This document shows, in pieces, positions 44,031 to 57,535 of a stretch of 64,000 nucleotides of DNA. A model generated the notes under the pieces. It saw nothing but the letters and a program-made list of their open reading frames with translations, ran no database searches and had not been told where the DNA came from. Made by a program: the position numbers and the translations under genes. Source of the DNA: Octopus vulgaris. Lineage: Eukaryota. Within the stretch, counting starts at the first letter, position 1. Every line of letters starts with the position of its first letter. Where the stretch lies: positions 43,214,001 through 43,278,000 of the forward strand of contig OX597832.1 in assembly GCA_951406725.2 (NCBI GenBank). The letters are read 5' to 3'.

Positions 44031-44636
44031 AATAGGTCAGTTTCAAAACATTGATGTCCAGGTCACAAAAGCAAAGTGTGAAGGGAACAGTAGTCATTTT
44101 CTTTGATTTCTCGATAGGAACAAAAAAGGAAGCAACACTTACTGGCAAAAGACAAAAAAAACAACTTGTTACAGATTGTTATCATCTCGAAGTATTTTAC
44201 GTACCTCAATCGTGCAAAACCACCATACTGCTCTAACTATCTTCATATACTTATTCTACCCCACTGCAATTTTTACCCCATTAGCGGTTTCAAATCTGTA
44301 TTTCTTGACTAAATCTGTATCTCTTGACTCCACTCGCCATAATTATTCTGTTAGTAATATCGTACGGTACTGGACAAGCAAATTTTAAGCAAAAGTATGT
44401 ATGTGTGTATCATAGCATGTCTACAATGGGTTCGATATGGAACGGTCCGATGACAGAACGTGTAAATTACTTTGGTGTCCAAAAGAATGTGACCAAAAAT
44501 AACTGCTGCAACTTTGTAGTAACTACCAAACTTTTCCTTTTAGAAATTATACATATACATACAGATAGATAGATAGATAGATAGATATATAGATAGATAG
44601 AGAGAGAGAGAGAGATAGATAGATAGATAGATAGAT

Positions 44637-44681
<45 letters not shown>

Positions 44682-44688
44682 TAGAGAT

Positions 44689-44761
<73 letters not shown>

Positions 44762-44857
44762 TAGATAGATATACAACTCGGACAAAATAAGGATGTATTC
44801 AATAATGGGTTGGCGGTCGTTTAGCAAGCAAGTTAAGCGAGTTATATGTATATGTAT

Positions 44858-45447
44858 ATATCACCGTGATCACCGTGACCGACCAGTCTATCAGATGTTG
44901 CTACACATCGCTGGTCACAATGCGCGTCGCATTGTTTTAGCCAGCAGGCCAACAGAAGAAAGAGTAAGAAAAAGTTGTGGTGAAAGAGTTCAGCAGGGAT
45001 TACCACCACCTCCTGCCGGAGCCTCGTGGGGCTTTGGGTGTTTTCGCTCAATAAACTTTCATAACGACCAGTCTGGGAATCGAAACCGCGATCCTACAAC
45101 CTTTTTTTTTTTTTATTACCCACAAGGGGCCAAACATAGAAGGGACAAACAAGGACAGACATGGGTATTAAGTCGATTACATCGACCCCAGTGCGTAACT
45201 GGTACTTAATTTATCGACCCCGAAATGATGAAAGGCAAAGTCGACCTCGGCGAAATTTGAACTCACAACGTAACGGCAGACGAATACTGCTAAGCATTTC
45301 GCCCAGCGTGCTAACGTTTCTGCCAGCTTGCCGCCTTCTCCTTTTCTGAGAACCAAATGCTAGAGTTGGTACATTCCTGTGCTGGCATCTGTATTTCCTA
45401 CAACCGCGAGTCCGCTGCCCTAACCACTAGGCTATTGCGGCCTCCAC
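44858..45447 (-). mobile_element. SINE family C (alternative tail) interrupted by a family A insertion
   Basis: tRNA-like head GTGGAGGCCGCAATAGCCTAGTGGTTAGGGCAGCGGACTCGCGG at 45447-45404; body resumes at 45101. Confidence 0.85.
45102..45395 (-). mobile_element. SINE family A insertion with poly(A) tail, 10-bp TSD and extra 5' sequence
   Basis: TSD tcctacaacc at 45092-45101 and 45396-45405; T-run 45102-45115; SINE to ~45337; unrelated 45338-45395. Confidence 0.85.
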
Positions 45448-45957
45448 ATATGTATATATGTTATATGCTGTCATGCTATTCGTTTTATAACGATCATTCG
45501 GTATTCAACTACTTAAACCGTCAATCCAAACGACCTAATTTGTCCCTCTTAGGTTTCATAAACAGCACTGAGAAGTTAGTTTAAATGATTTTTTTCTTCA
45601 GGATGATCATTGCAATTCATGAGGAAATCTAATACATCATAATTGGTATTATATGGAAATGAAATATTCGTTGCATTTCAAGCTGAAATATAGTGTTACT
45701 AATTTTAATAGTATGTTAAAAATACACACAAATACGAATTCCCCTGGTGTTAAAAAATAGTGTAGGTTCCTAGTATTAATGTATTTACACTATTATTTTG
45801 CTAGGGTGTATAAGGATGTAAGAATCCTATGTTACTGCAATTAACAACGAGCAAAATATTCCTTGTCAAATCTATATCGGTCGACAAAATGCTTTGGGTA
45901 AATATTTTAAGTGTAATATAAGATATAGAGTGATGCATTTAGAGATTTTATTTGTTA

Positions 45958-46330
45958 CTAGCAGTATCGCCCGGCGTTGCTCGAATTGGAGTTTTTCAAA
46001 AGTAAAAATTTTGCATTATGTAGCTTGTTATTCTCTTTAAGTGAACATTTTTTTGGTTGAAATACACTGAAAAATGGCGACACAGCAGTCTAAAAATCGT
46101 AAAAAATAGGGATTTTCATAGAAAAAAGCACCTTTTTGATGTAAATATTTTTTGGTATAACATGATCCGATTTGAAATTTTTCTTCTACGGAAGGAAGAG
46201 CAAGCCTTCTTCTATCATACTTCTTTCAATTTTGGTCAACTTGCGCCGCAGGGTCTCGGAGGAGATAGTGTTAGTTGAAGGCTAGCAAACCTGCCTTACA
46301 CAGCCAACTTCAGCTTTATATATATATATA
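45958..46330 (-). mobile_element. Non-autonomous Helitron-like element
   Basis: Minus-strand 3' end CGAGCAACGCCGGGCGATACTGCTAG|T is identical to 48375-48400; 5' end tatatataaagctgaagttg resembles the start at 48004. Confidence 0.75.
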
Positions 46331-46480
46331 TTTTCTTTACTGCCAGAATGGGCTACACACAGAGGGGACAAACAAAGACAGACGAAGGGATTGAGTCGAT
46401 TATATCGCCCCCAGTGCGAAACTGGTACTTTATTTATCGACCCCGAAAGGATGAAAGGCAAAGTTGACCTCGGCGGAATA
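46331..46480 (-). mobile_element. SINE family A, 5'-truncated
   Basis: Body and tail match the family. Confidence 0.85.
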
Positions 46481-46951
46481 TATATAGATTTCCAGTCGTT
46501 AGAATATTGTACAAAGCCTACTACAAAGTCGTATAATGGTTTTGTACGTTTGTTCAAGACGATTGGACGCAGCTGTTTGAACACTGATGGCTGACTGAGT
46601 GTTACCAAACAGTCGACGCCAAAACGGCTGCGCCTAAACGTCGCATACCCATTGTTGGCGATTTCTGTTGTCGTTGCTTAAAAGGACATTAGTCTGTTAT
46701 GTCGAGAGTTGTGCAAACCAGTATAAGAGTAGTAGTACCCAAATAATTATTTGGATATGGCCATGAAAAAATAACCTTTATTTTATGAATATGTTCACAC
46801 AGAACGCAGTCCGCACTACGCCAAACGTAGTTACGATATTAAAGTAACACAGTAACCAATACGGACGATCAACCCTTTCAGGCCAAAGAATCAGATCTTC
46901 AGGGCTATTCTGCTCTCTACAAGTGATAACGTTAATGATACAATATACTAT

Positions 46952-47253
46952 TGTTTGTTCCTACTCGAGCCATGCCTGGCTCTTAAGGGCCGGTTTCCCG
47001 GTTTCCATGGTGTGTAGGTTCCCCACCTAGACGTGATGCCGGTCCGTGGCAGGTGAGCTGCAAGATGCAGGAGGAAAGAGTGAGAGAAAGTTGTGGCGAA
47101 GGAGTCAGCAGAAGTTCACCCTTACCTTTAGCTGGAGCCGCGTGGAGCTTAGGCGTTTCGCTCATAAACACACACATCGCCCGGTCTGAGATTCGAATCC
47201 GCGATTCTCGACTGCGAGTCCGCTGCTCTAACCACTAGGTCATGTACCTCCAC
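46952..47253 (-). mobile_element. tRNA-derived SINE family C, full length with 12-bp TSD
   Basis: Head GTGGAGGTACATGACCTAGTGGTTAGAGCAGCGGACTCGCAG with a TTCGAATC B box; TSD acaatatactat at 46940-46951 and 47254-47265. Confidence 0.92.
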
Positions 47254-47460
47254 ACAATATACTATACTACCTGTAATACACCCAAGTCTGATTTCTATTC
47301 CGCTTTAATTTTATCTGTATTTCTATAAACATTGCGAGAAATACCTTCATATAGTCCTGAATGGCCGACTTGGCAAAGAACAATGTTGCAATTCTCATAA
47401 AGAGTGCATTATGTAATTTAGTTGAGTACTATGATAAACCTTAACAGGAACCAAGTAAAA

Positions 47461-47857
47461 TAGGCGCAGGAGTGGCTGTGTGGTAAGTAGCTTGCTAACC
47501 AACCACATGGTTCCGAGTTCAGTCCCACTGCGTGGCACCTTGGGCAAGTGTCTTCTACTATAGCCTCGAGCCGACCAATGCCTTGTGAGTGGATTTGGTA
47601 GACGGAAACTGAAAGAAGCCAGTCGTATATATGTATATGTAAGTGCGTGTATGTTTGCGTGTCTGTGTTTGTCCTCCCAACATCGCTTGACAACCGATGA
47701 TGGTGTGTTTACGTCCCCGTAACTTAGCAGTTCGGCAAAACAGATAGATAGGATAATTACTGGGCTTACGAAGTCCTGGGGTCGATTTGCTTGACTAAAT
47801 GTGGTGCTCCAGCATGGCCGCAGTCAAACGACTGAAACAAGTGAAAGAGTAAAAGAG
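47461..47857 (+). mobile_element. SINE family B, full length (CORE-like; resembles octopus OR2-type SINE, name unverified)
   Basis: A box GTGGCTGTGTGGTAAG, B box GAGTTCAGTCCC, CORE-like gcaccttgggcaagtgtctt and a gtaaaagag-type tail. Confidence 0.92.
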
Positions 47858-48003
47858 GGAAAATGTAAAACTTGCTGCTATAGTTGTACGATGCGTATTT
47901 ACTATGCACTGAAATACAAACAGATATATGAAGAACTTGGATAAACAGCGGGGGAAAAAAGCAGAAAGCATAGAAAATAATAGACAAGTAGAACTTCCAG
48001 ATA

Positions 48004-48400
48004 TCTTTATATATAAAAATGAAGTTGTGTGTCTGTCTCCTACGATTTAGATTCCTAACTACTCCCACATTTTGCGGTGCAGTTTAACCAAAACCGGGTA
48101 ACTTATAGTCGTGATTCATATCGAGCCCTTCTGGGTATCATCGTGCGTCTACGATGAGTCTACGATTTTAAAAATAATTTACCATCATTTTTTTCCATTT
48201 TAATGCATTTTTTCGCTATTATATAAGGGAAGTAATTCTCTAAAAATGTCTATGATGAGTCAACGATTTAAAAAAAAATTACCATTATTTTTTTTCCATT
48301 TTTAACGCATTTTTTTGCTATTTTTTGGCTATAACTCTCTAAAAATGCTTATATAGTTATTTCCCTTACAAACACGAGCAACGCCGGGCGATACTGCTAG
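48004..48400 (+). mobile_element. Non-autonomous Helitron-like element
   Basis: A|TC 5' end (TCTTTATATATAAAAATG), GC-rich subterminal segment and CTAG|T 3' end; inserted at an AT with no TSD; internal ~100-bp-period duplication 48150-48322. Confidence 0.82.
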
Positions 48401-48705
48401 TTTATGATATAAATCCACCGTTTTATTGCGGAATGCATCACAATTATATAGCGTAAAGCGGCGTCATGTGCAATGTGTGTTGCAAATTCGGTTTGGGCAT
48501 TCGATATCTTCGTATAAAAATCTCGTGAAACATTCAGGGATTCAACGGAAACTGTGTTAATGAGAGGATAATCACACTATCAAAAGAAAGAAAAAAACGG
48601 CTGTTTTCTACGTATTTTTTTCTGCAGACTGCAAAAGAGTAAATGGTAAATGCCCTGACTCGAATTTCTTTTCTATTTAGAGACATCCGCTGGCAATAGA
48701 GAGTA

Positions 48706-48815
48706 TGTTTCTTGAGTAACGCTGCGATGGACTGGAGTCCCGTCAGGCTGGGGGGAATACATACACCACAGAAACCGGGAAACCGGGGCCCATGAGCCTG
48801 GCTAGGCTTGAAAAC
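48706..48815 (+). mobile_element. SINE family C 3' fragment
   Basis: ctgcgatggactgg...agaaaccgggaaaccggggcccatgagcctggctaggcttga matches the reverse complement of the tail at 46952. Confidence 0.75.
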
Positions 48816-49023
48816 GACGAAAAAAAAATTATGAATGTATGAAAGTCCTGCATGCCCTGCCGTACAAAGAGGTTCCACGTTGTTCGAAAAGAAAGATTGA
48901 AGAGAATATCACTAGCTGGTCACAGAACTACGTGTCTAGAGCCCTTATAAGCCCATCAAATATAGCAGTATAGAGAATCGGAGGTCAGAACTTGCATAAT
49001 TTGTTGTCCATATATTAAATTAA

Positions 49024-49245
49024 CAGCCAGTCCATCGCAGTGTTACTCAAGAAACAGGAAGAAAGAGTGGGACAAAGTTGTGGCGAAAGAGTACAGCAGG
49101 GGTCGACACCACCCCCTGCCGGAGCCTCGTGGAGCTTTTAGGTGTTTTCGCTCAATAAACACACACAACGCTCGGTCTAGGAATCGAAACCGCGATCCTC
49201 CGACCGAGATTCCGCTGCCCTAACCACTGGGCTATTGTGCCTCCA
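49024..49245 (-). mobile_element. SINE family C 5' part
   Basis: tRNA-like head GTGGAGGCACAATAGCCCAGTGGTTAGGGCAGCGG and body. Confidence 0.88.
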
Positions 49246-49733
49246 CACATTCTTAAATACCTATATTTTATCTGATACAGCACATCAGATATACCGGGTC
49301 TCCCTCTTTCTTTTCAATTCCCAAATATGCTTTGAACGAAGAGATATGTTTCTCTGATACCGTTGACAGTTTGTTGCAAATAATTCTTGAAGAGTGCCTT
49401 ATATAGTACTTCGATGTATTTGTCGCTGATGGAGACATCCTCTCAGAATACAATTCTTTTCTTTCGGCTTTTTCCTTTTAGGAGACCGTTTTTTTCCCCC
49501 CCAATTGATTCGAATCAGTTCATTCTATGCCAGTTTCGGCATTTTTGGCCCTGTGTGGCTCTTGAAGATAATTTCCATTCAATTGTAATTCCTCTTAATG
49601 CTCATTTCTGTTGAACAGCTTGTGAAATTTATGGTGTCGTAAGAGGGTACACAACACTAATGGATGAAGCTGTAGTACTAATATGTGAAATAGTATTTTA
49701 CAAGGTTGACGGCCATGGTTATATTGCTGGCAT

Positions 49734-49868
<135 letters not shown>

Positions 49869-50134
49869 CGAAATGTAAGAGTATATCTAGAAAGCCTCTT
49901 TATATATATATATGCCAACCTAAAGAGGACGTATTTTACGTACATATATGGTGCATGAGTAAGATTATGTTTGTGTGTGTATATGTATATGTGTACGACG
50001 TATGTGTATGTATGCATGCATGAATGTATGTATGCATGCATGAATGTATGTATGTATGTATGTATGTAAGTGCACGTGTATGAGACTACACTGTTGTGAG
50101 ATCATGTGTGTACCCGTACCAGTTTGAGTACGTG

Positions 50135-50189
<55 letters not shown>

Positions 50190-50196
50190 GTATGTA

Positions 50197-50288
<92 letters not shown>

Positions 50289-50299
50289 ATATATATGTG

Positions 50300-50332
<33 letters not shown>

Positions 50333-50366
50333 GTATGTATATATGCATGTATAAATATATACACAC

Positions 50367-50397
<31 letters not shown>

Positions 50398-52242
50398 CAT
50401 ATACACACATACAGAAGTATGTATATATATATGTGTGTGTGTACGTGTATTTACCTATGTATATAGGTACGTGTGTGTGTGGGTGTGGGCGTTTGTGTAT
50501 TCTTAAGCAATAACCCATATGTGTTTTTTTATGCATCGTTTACAGCAACACATGTGAAATCATAAAAGTGCACCATATGCACTTGCAATGAATAGACGGA
50601 AGTGTGTGCAGTCGGATAGTATTACTAAGAGCACATTAAATTAAGATATACCCGTATTTTACCAACATATCAATGATATGAGTTATGCTTGCCTGTGGGT
50701 AGTAGCAAATGGGACACCCTTCCTCGCTCGAATCTCACATTCTGTTACGCCCCAGGTGTTCGTTGCACCATGGGTGTATGCCATGCAATTGCCATCATCT
50801 CCGCCCAACTGTATTTTTTTTCTTTATTCTGTATGATTTTTGTAAAAAAAAAATAGCATCGTTGGATGCAGTTTTCCAAATAGTTAATCCTTGATTCACT
50901 GCATTTTAACGATGGTAAAAGCGACAAAGGATTATCTATGTAACTCGGGCGGAACAAATATTACAGTTTTGAAAGTAGTGTTTCATTTGTTTTCTCGGTG
51001 GTGTTTACATCACTCGATTATGTGCAAATATCTCCACCACACACATACACACACATACATTCACCGCACACACATACATTCACACGCACACACATACATT
51101 CACACACGCACACATACATTCACACGCACATACATCTGCATACAAACACATACATACACACATACACACACACCGGAGGCAAAAATGGACGAAATGCCGC
51201 TAAGTGTTTTGCCTGATGCGCTAACGATTCTGCCAGCTTACCGCCCTAATGTTTGAAACAATAGTAATTGCTTCTAATTCAGGCAAAAGACCAGAAGTTT
51301 TGAGGGAGAGGGATTAGTCGATGCCATAGACCTCAGAAATTGGTACTTCATAGAATTTTATAGACCTCGCATTGATAAAAGACAAAGTTGAAATACTACA
51401 GTGTGGACATTTTGGCCGATGTAACTAATTCTACAGAGCACCTTTTGCCTGGATTTCATGATAAAGCTTTAGCCTGCATTGGGTCAGAACGCCCAATTTT
51501 ATGTACCTCGCTTTCCTTAACTGTCATGAAAGCCCTCGACCAGTATTTCGGTCAGTATTTGGCCAGTACGCCTAGTTCAACCCATCTCTTTTCACTTAGC
51601 TGTCAGCAACAGATTCCCGATAACTTTGGTAAAATACATCATTTCACAGTGTTTTGCGAAGAAAGAAAGTGACCCGTGTCTTTTGATGTCGCATAGTACT
51701 TTATCGCAAAATATAAGAATAACCAAGAATATCGATTCCTTGTAGCCAAAGTATTTATAAATAAATTTTCTACTATTTCTTGCGGTGCGTGTCGCGTTTC
51801 CCAACGCTCCTGGTTCGAATCCCATCCAGCTTAACTTTGCCTTTCACTTTTTTCGGAGTCCATGAAATGAAGTACCGGTCAAGTACTTGGGTTGATGACA
51901 TCGACTAACTCCATCCTCTTCAAAATTGTTAGGCTTCGCCCTCAATTAGGAACAATTGTTCATATTTCAAAGTTTAAACAAATGCCATCTTACTCCTTTC
52001 TGTTATCAACTGGCGTTGAACTGTTGTCCTTATTTTCTTTCGTTGCAGGGTGAAGGGTGGGGGAATAAATGCCAGTCACAATCAAATACGTATGGTTGTT
52101 AGTGATGGTGGTGGTGATGGTGATGGTGGATCATCATCATCATCATCATTATCATCATCATTATCGTGATCGTGAACATGAGTATGTTCATAATCAAAAT
52201 TACATTGATGAGAGAAGGATACGATGATGAGGAGGAGAATTG

Positions 52243-52395
<153 letters not shown>

Positions 52396-52592
52396 GAAGG
52401 AGTAGGAGAATGACAAACGAAGAATATGAATAGAAGAAAGAAGAGGAGAAAGAAGAAATATAGGCGAGACATGACAGATAGACAAAAAAAAACAAAAACA
52501 GCGTTAGTAAAAAGCCAAAAACAAATAACAATTCTCCTTCGTTGCTGATATTTCCTTTTGTTATTTGCTTTGTTTTTATCTTATCAGTATTA

Positions 52593-52637
<45 letters not shown>

Positions 52638-53106
52638 TGTTTGTGTGTTCTGACTTTCTCCAAACTTTCAAGTAGGATCTGTCTAAATATTTACTATAAT
52701 CCTTCTGATAATGTTCAATGTAAAACCACACACACAGACACGCACATACACACATATATTCACATACAGAAGCACAAATGCACACTCAGACGCATATATA
52801 CGCCTATTCGCGCACTCACATATACACACACAGAGGCTACATCTTTCCTCCAACCGCCCTCACTCACACTCTAGTCCATTCTAACTTGTACATACATACA
52901 CACAGCCCTTCGCACGTACATACAGGCCCCCTTATGAGAATCTGCCCTTACACCGCTTCACAACCCATCGCCAATCCACCCTTGGAAAAAAGAAAGAAAA
53001 TGCTCAGTTTACATATTTTTAATATATTTGGTGACATATTTTATAAGTGAAAGAGTAATGTTTGTCGACCGGTTCCGCTTTCGCTAATCATGGCATTGAA
53101 ATTATT

Positions 53107-53172
<66 letters not shown>

Positions 53173-53852
53173 CTGGGGGTCGATATTCGTTCGACTGATA
53201 AAATTCTTCAAGGCGGTGCCACAGCATGGCCGCAGTCAAACGACTGAAACAAGACAAGTAAAAACTAAAAGCAGTAGAAGCAAGGATTGCAACACACACA
53301 AACAAACCTTTTTAACCCATGCGGAAGTTTTGCCTTATTCCTAACAGCTGCTTACGTTGTTCAGATTAAACGGCAATAGGCTTGCTGTCACATTACTACA
53401 TCTTGCAGCAATAACAGTCATCCGTCTATTTAAGACAATGTGTCTGAAGAACTGTGCTGGCTGCAATCGACTGACCTTATTTTTTTTATCTCCCCTTCTA
53501 ACTCTTTTTTTGTTTTTTTTGTTTTTTTTTTTTTGAGACCAGGTTTTTGGTGAGGGAGAAGGTTCTTGGAGTAGGGTGGACTAGGTCGGAGCAGGGCGGA
53601 GTGGGGTGGAGTTGGTTACGTAATGGCTCTGTTGTATGTGAGCATATTAAGTAGTTTGCTTAAATGTCATGATAAGTATCTGTTTTGCAAGTGGAGAGTC
53701 TGGGTATGTGTACGTATATATATATATATATATATATATTCATATATATATATATATATACACATATATATATACATACATACATACATACATACATACA
53801 TACATAGATAATACACACATACATATATATACATATATGCATATATATATAC

Positions 53853-53903
<51 letters not shown>

Positions 53904-54187
53904 CGCACACATACATACATAATACACACACACATATATATACATATATACATACATATATACATATACACATATATATACACACATATACACACAAACA
54001 CACCCAGACATACATACGTACTTGCATATTCATACACACACATACACACGCGTATACATAAATAGATAGAGAGATAGGTTTTATATCTCAAGTAGTTCAG
54101 CATGAATCTCTAGTCACGTGAGTCAATCCTAAGCTTCTTAGTTGAAACATAGACACGCGCACGCGCACGCACGCACACACACACAAA

Positions 54188-54470
54188 GTGAAGGTGTATG
54201 GCTCAGTGGTTACAGCGTCGGTGAGTTGTGAGTTCGAATCCCGCACCGGGCTGTTTTGCGTTCTTGCTGTAGAAATGAGTTTGCAACGCCATTGGTGCTG
54301 AGCTGTATCGGTCTTTGTTTCTCCTTTGGATAACATCAGTGGCATGGAGAAGAGAGGCTAGCACGCATGGGCGACTGCTGGTCTTATACAAAAAGCATTG
54401 CCCTGACTTGTGTTTTGAAGAAGAACTTCCTAGGTGTAATCTCATGGTCACTCTTGACCGAAGGGTTCTT
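54188..54470 (+). mobile_element. Diverged tRNA-derived SINE (family C-like head)
   Basis: TGGCTCAGTGGTTA A box and GAGTTCGAATCCC B box; no tRNA cloverleaf. Confidence 0.75.
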
Positions 54471-54645
54471 AGACTTTTGTATATATACGTTTATATATAT
54501 ATAGGTTATAAGAGGTAATGGTGTCATCGAGACCCAAAGGTGTCAGGTAATGCTGAATAAGTGCTATAGACACAGAACATAGTTAAGTTCCAGCTTCGGT
54601 AATTTTGCGAATAAGGGGTTCAACGTTGGTTCTATGTCAGCGTGT

Positions 54646-54761
54646 GTATATAAGAATTTTTGCGTAATGAAATATAAAAAACCAAGGCTGTGTAGATATT
54701 AGAACATTTATCTACACAGCCTTGGTATTTTTATCTCATTACGCAAAAAATTCTTATATGC
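54646..54761. repeat. Long inverted repeat (hairpin, ~52-bp arms, ~10-nt loop)
   Basis: atataagaatttttgcgtaatga...accaaggctgtgtagata versus tatctacacagccttggt...tcattacgcaaaaaattcttatat. Confidence 0.92.
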
Positions 54762-54849
54762 AGACCTTATATATATATATGTGTGTGTGTGTGTGTGCGC
54801 ACACACACACACATATATATACATTCATGCATACACACACACACATACA

Positions 54850-54976
54850 ATAGTCTTCACAGTTTCTGTCTACCAGATTCACTCACATAGCTTCTACTAT
54901 AGCCTTGGGCCTATCAAAGCCGTGTGAGTGGGTCTAGTAGACAAAAAGTGTGCGGAGACCGTCGTGTGTGTGTGTG

Positions 54977-55025
<49 letters not shown>

Positions 55026-55276
55026 GTGTGTGTCTGTGTGTGTGTGTGTGTGCGTGTGTATGCGCGCGCGTGCATGTGTGTCTTTGCATTCGTGCTTGTC
55101 TTCCATCACCGCTTGAAACTCGGTGTCGGTTTGTTTACACCCCCTTAATGTTTGCATTTCGGCCAAGGGGGTCAATAGAATAAACGGCCCTCTAAATAAA
55201 ACACTGGCATCGATTTTTTTCGACTAAAACTTTTCACAGCAGTGCTCCAGCATGGCCGCACTTCAATGACTAAAGC
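54850..55276 (+). mobile_element. Diverged SINE family B with a short inverted 5' piece
   Basis: 54893-55276 is a plus-strand body; 54850-54890 is the reverse complement of the gtgagtg...gtagac.gaaactg segment. Confidence 0.75.
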
Positions 55277-55639
55277 ACTTAAAAGAAGAAATAAAGAACT
55301 CTCTTCTTTGTTCTCGAGAACAGAATCTTACTTCCTTCTCTCTCAGCTCATTTTCTGCTTGGAAATAATCTATTGTATCTCGAGCCACTGGAATAATTCC
55401 AGTTCAGTGGTGAGCACGAGGCACTTATAGCATTCATGGCTTCGAGACATAATCTTGACAATTAAGTAAAGTGTCTTCCACTTGACAAATATGGTTTCTT
55501 CTTCTTCTCGTTGTGTTCGCTCTCGAGACCCATTTTGTCAAACCTGTCAGACGCCTGCACGTTGCTGTCATCTTGATATTATACACATGAAACATATACG
55601 TCATACATTGTTGCGCATAGTATGCATGTAAGTGTGTGT

Positions 55640-55676
55640 GTGTGTATAAATACACAGATACATGCACACACGCACG

Positions 55677-55724
<48 letters not shown>

Positions 55725-56138
55725 CATAAATACATGCACACAAACACAAAATAATTCATACATACATACATGCATACATACACACTTACACACACACGCA
55801 TACATGCATACTTAAATATATACATACTTACATACATATATACACCCACACTTACATACATACATACACATGCATTCATGCATAAATACATACACAAATA
55901 CATACACAAACAAATACACACACACACATACATACATACATACATACATACATACATACATACATACATACATACACACATACATACACACATACATACA
56001 TACGTACATACATACATACATACATACATACATACATACATACATACATACATACATACATACATACGTACATACATACATACATACATACATACATACA
56101 TACATACATACATACATACATACATACATACATACATA
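55640..56138. repeat. (CA)n/(CATA)n microsatellite
   Basis: Direct reading. Confidence 0.95.
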
Positions 56139-56244
56139 CGTAGAAACGTGCTTATATGCGCGTGTTTATTTATCTTTTATCTTTGCGTGTTTCAGTCATT
56201 GGACTGCGGCCATGCAAGGGAACTGCCTTGAAGTGGTCAGTCAA

Positions 56245-56445
56245 ACAAGAGGCTACACACAGAGGGGACAAACAAGGACAGACAAACGGATTAAATCGAT
56301 TATATCGACCCCAGTGCGTAACTGGTACTTATTTAATCGACCCCGAAAAGATGAAAGGCAAAGTCGACCTCGGCGGAATTTGAACTCAGAACGTAGCGGC
56401 AGACGAAATACCACTATGCATTTCGTCCAGCATGTTAGCGATTCT
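56245..56445 (-). mobile_element. SINE family A
   Basis: Body and head match the family; adjacent family B tail fragment at 56185-56225. Confidence 0.88.
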
Positions 56446-56670
56446 GGGTAATGTGCTTAATTAAACGAGGTAGCCCGCACCTAAATAAAACACCCGCCCC
56501 CACCCTAATTACCCAACGAAACTAACCAATCTACCACAAACAAACCTCTACCCAGAGAATTTACCAGTGCAAGAACAAAATTTAATGTAAGACTTACTGC
56601 CTTTGCTTCTATTACCATCACATATGTATCAATTATGTTCGCATCCCAACCGATGCATCTATCTATACTC

Positions 56671-56721
56671 GCATTCTGAAGAGATTTACTTGCTCCAGTA
56701 AATCGAAACGATCGTAAATGC
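56671..56721 (+). ncRNA. Canonical type I hammerhead ribozyme
   Basis: GCAUU-CUGAAGA-GAUUUACU-UGCUCC-AGUAAAUC-GAAAC-GAUC-GUA-AAUGC: all stems and core residues intact; cleavage predicted after 56716. Confidence 0.9.
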
Positions 56722-56973
56722 CACCCTCACCTCTGCTTCTTACTTGTTTGTTACCTATTTAATTAAAGACACGCCAGCGTAAACCATGAGTTTCCCATTG
56801 TTATTATATCCATTTTTGTTTCTTCTCTTATATAACTTAGGTTTACCAACCGGACCACTTGCTACCGTGCAATCTTTCAAAAGACTGTACCGACCCAGCT
56901 AATAGTCAGGAGAGTCTGGATTTAATTATCCCTTAGAGGTATTAAACCCCTCTAATCTGATACCTGCATATAC

Positions 56974-57011
<38 letters not shown>

Positions 57012-57501
57012 ATTACGTATGTATGTATGTGTGTATGTACTTATGTATAGGTTTTAGTTGCCAATTCTGTACAAGACATTGTAGATCTTTAGCTGGGCTA
57101 AAAAGTCACATTCGATCACAAAGCTTCGTGCAATAGCCATACTCGATAACGAGTGGGCAGCCATAATAATTTATGTACATGTATATATGTATGTGTGTGT
57201 GTGTATGGACTGAAGTATACGAGGAGGAGGAGAGAAAAAGAGAGGAAAAAGAGTGAGAGAGGAAGAGAGAGTGAGAGAGAGTATTCTTTGATTCATTATA
57301 ACTGAATAACTGAATGAACCTAAATTTTGTTGTAACCTTCCACGTTCCTACTTACTCCGTATTTGTGAAATTTAGCCAAAGGCCACCAAAATCTCTAGCC
57401 AAAACACTCTTATTTTATGTCCCAGAAGAACGGCGACGCACTTTCGGTTCGAACACTGAAGCGCAGCAGACAGAACCACCGATGCGCGTGTATGAGAGAA
57501 T

Positions 57502-57535
<34 letters not shown>

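Noticed and set aside
47180-47253. tRNA gene-like A/B boxes (also at 49245, 54200, 47461 and 35655)
   Set aside because: No complete cloverleaf, and each continues into a repeated SINE body.
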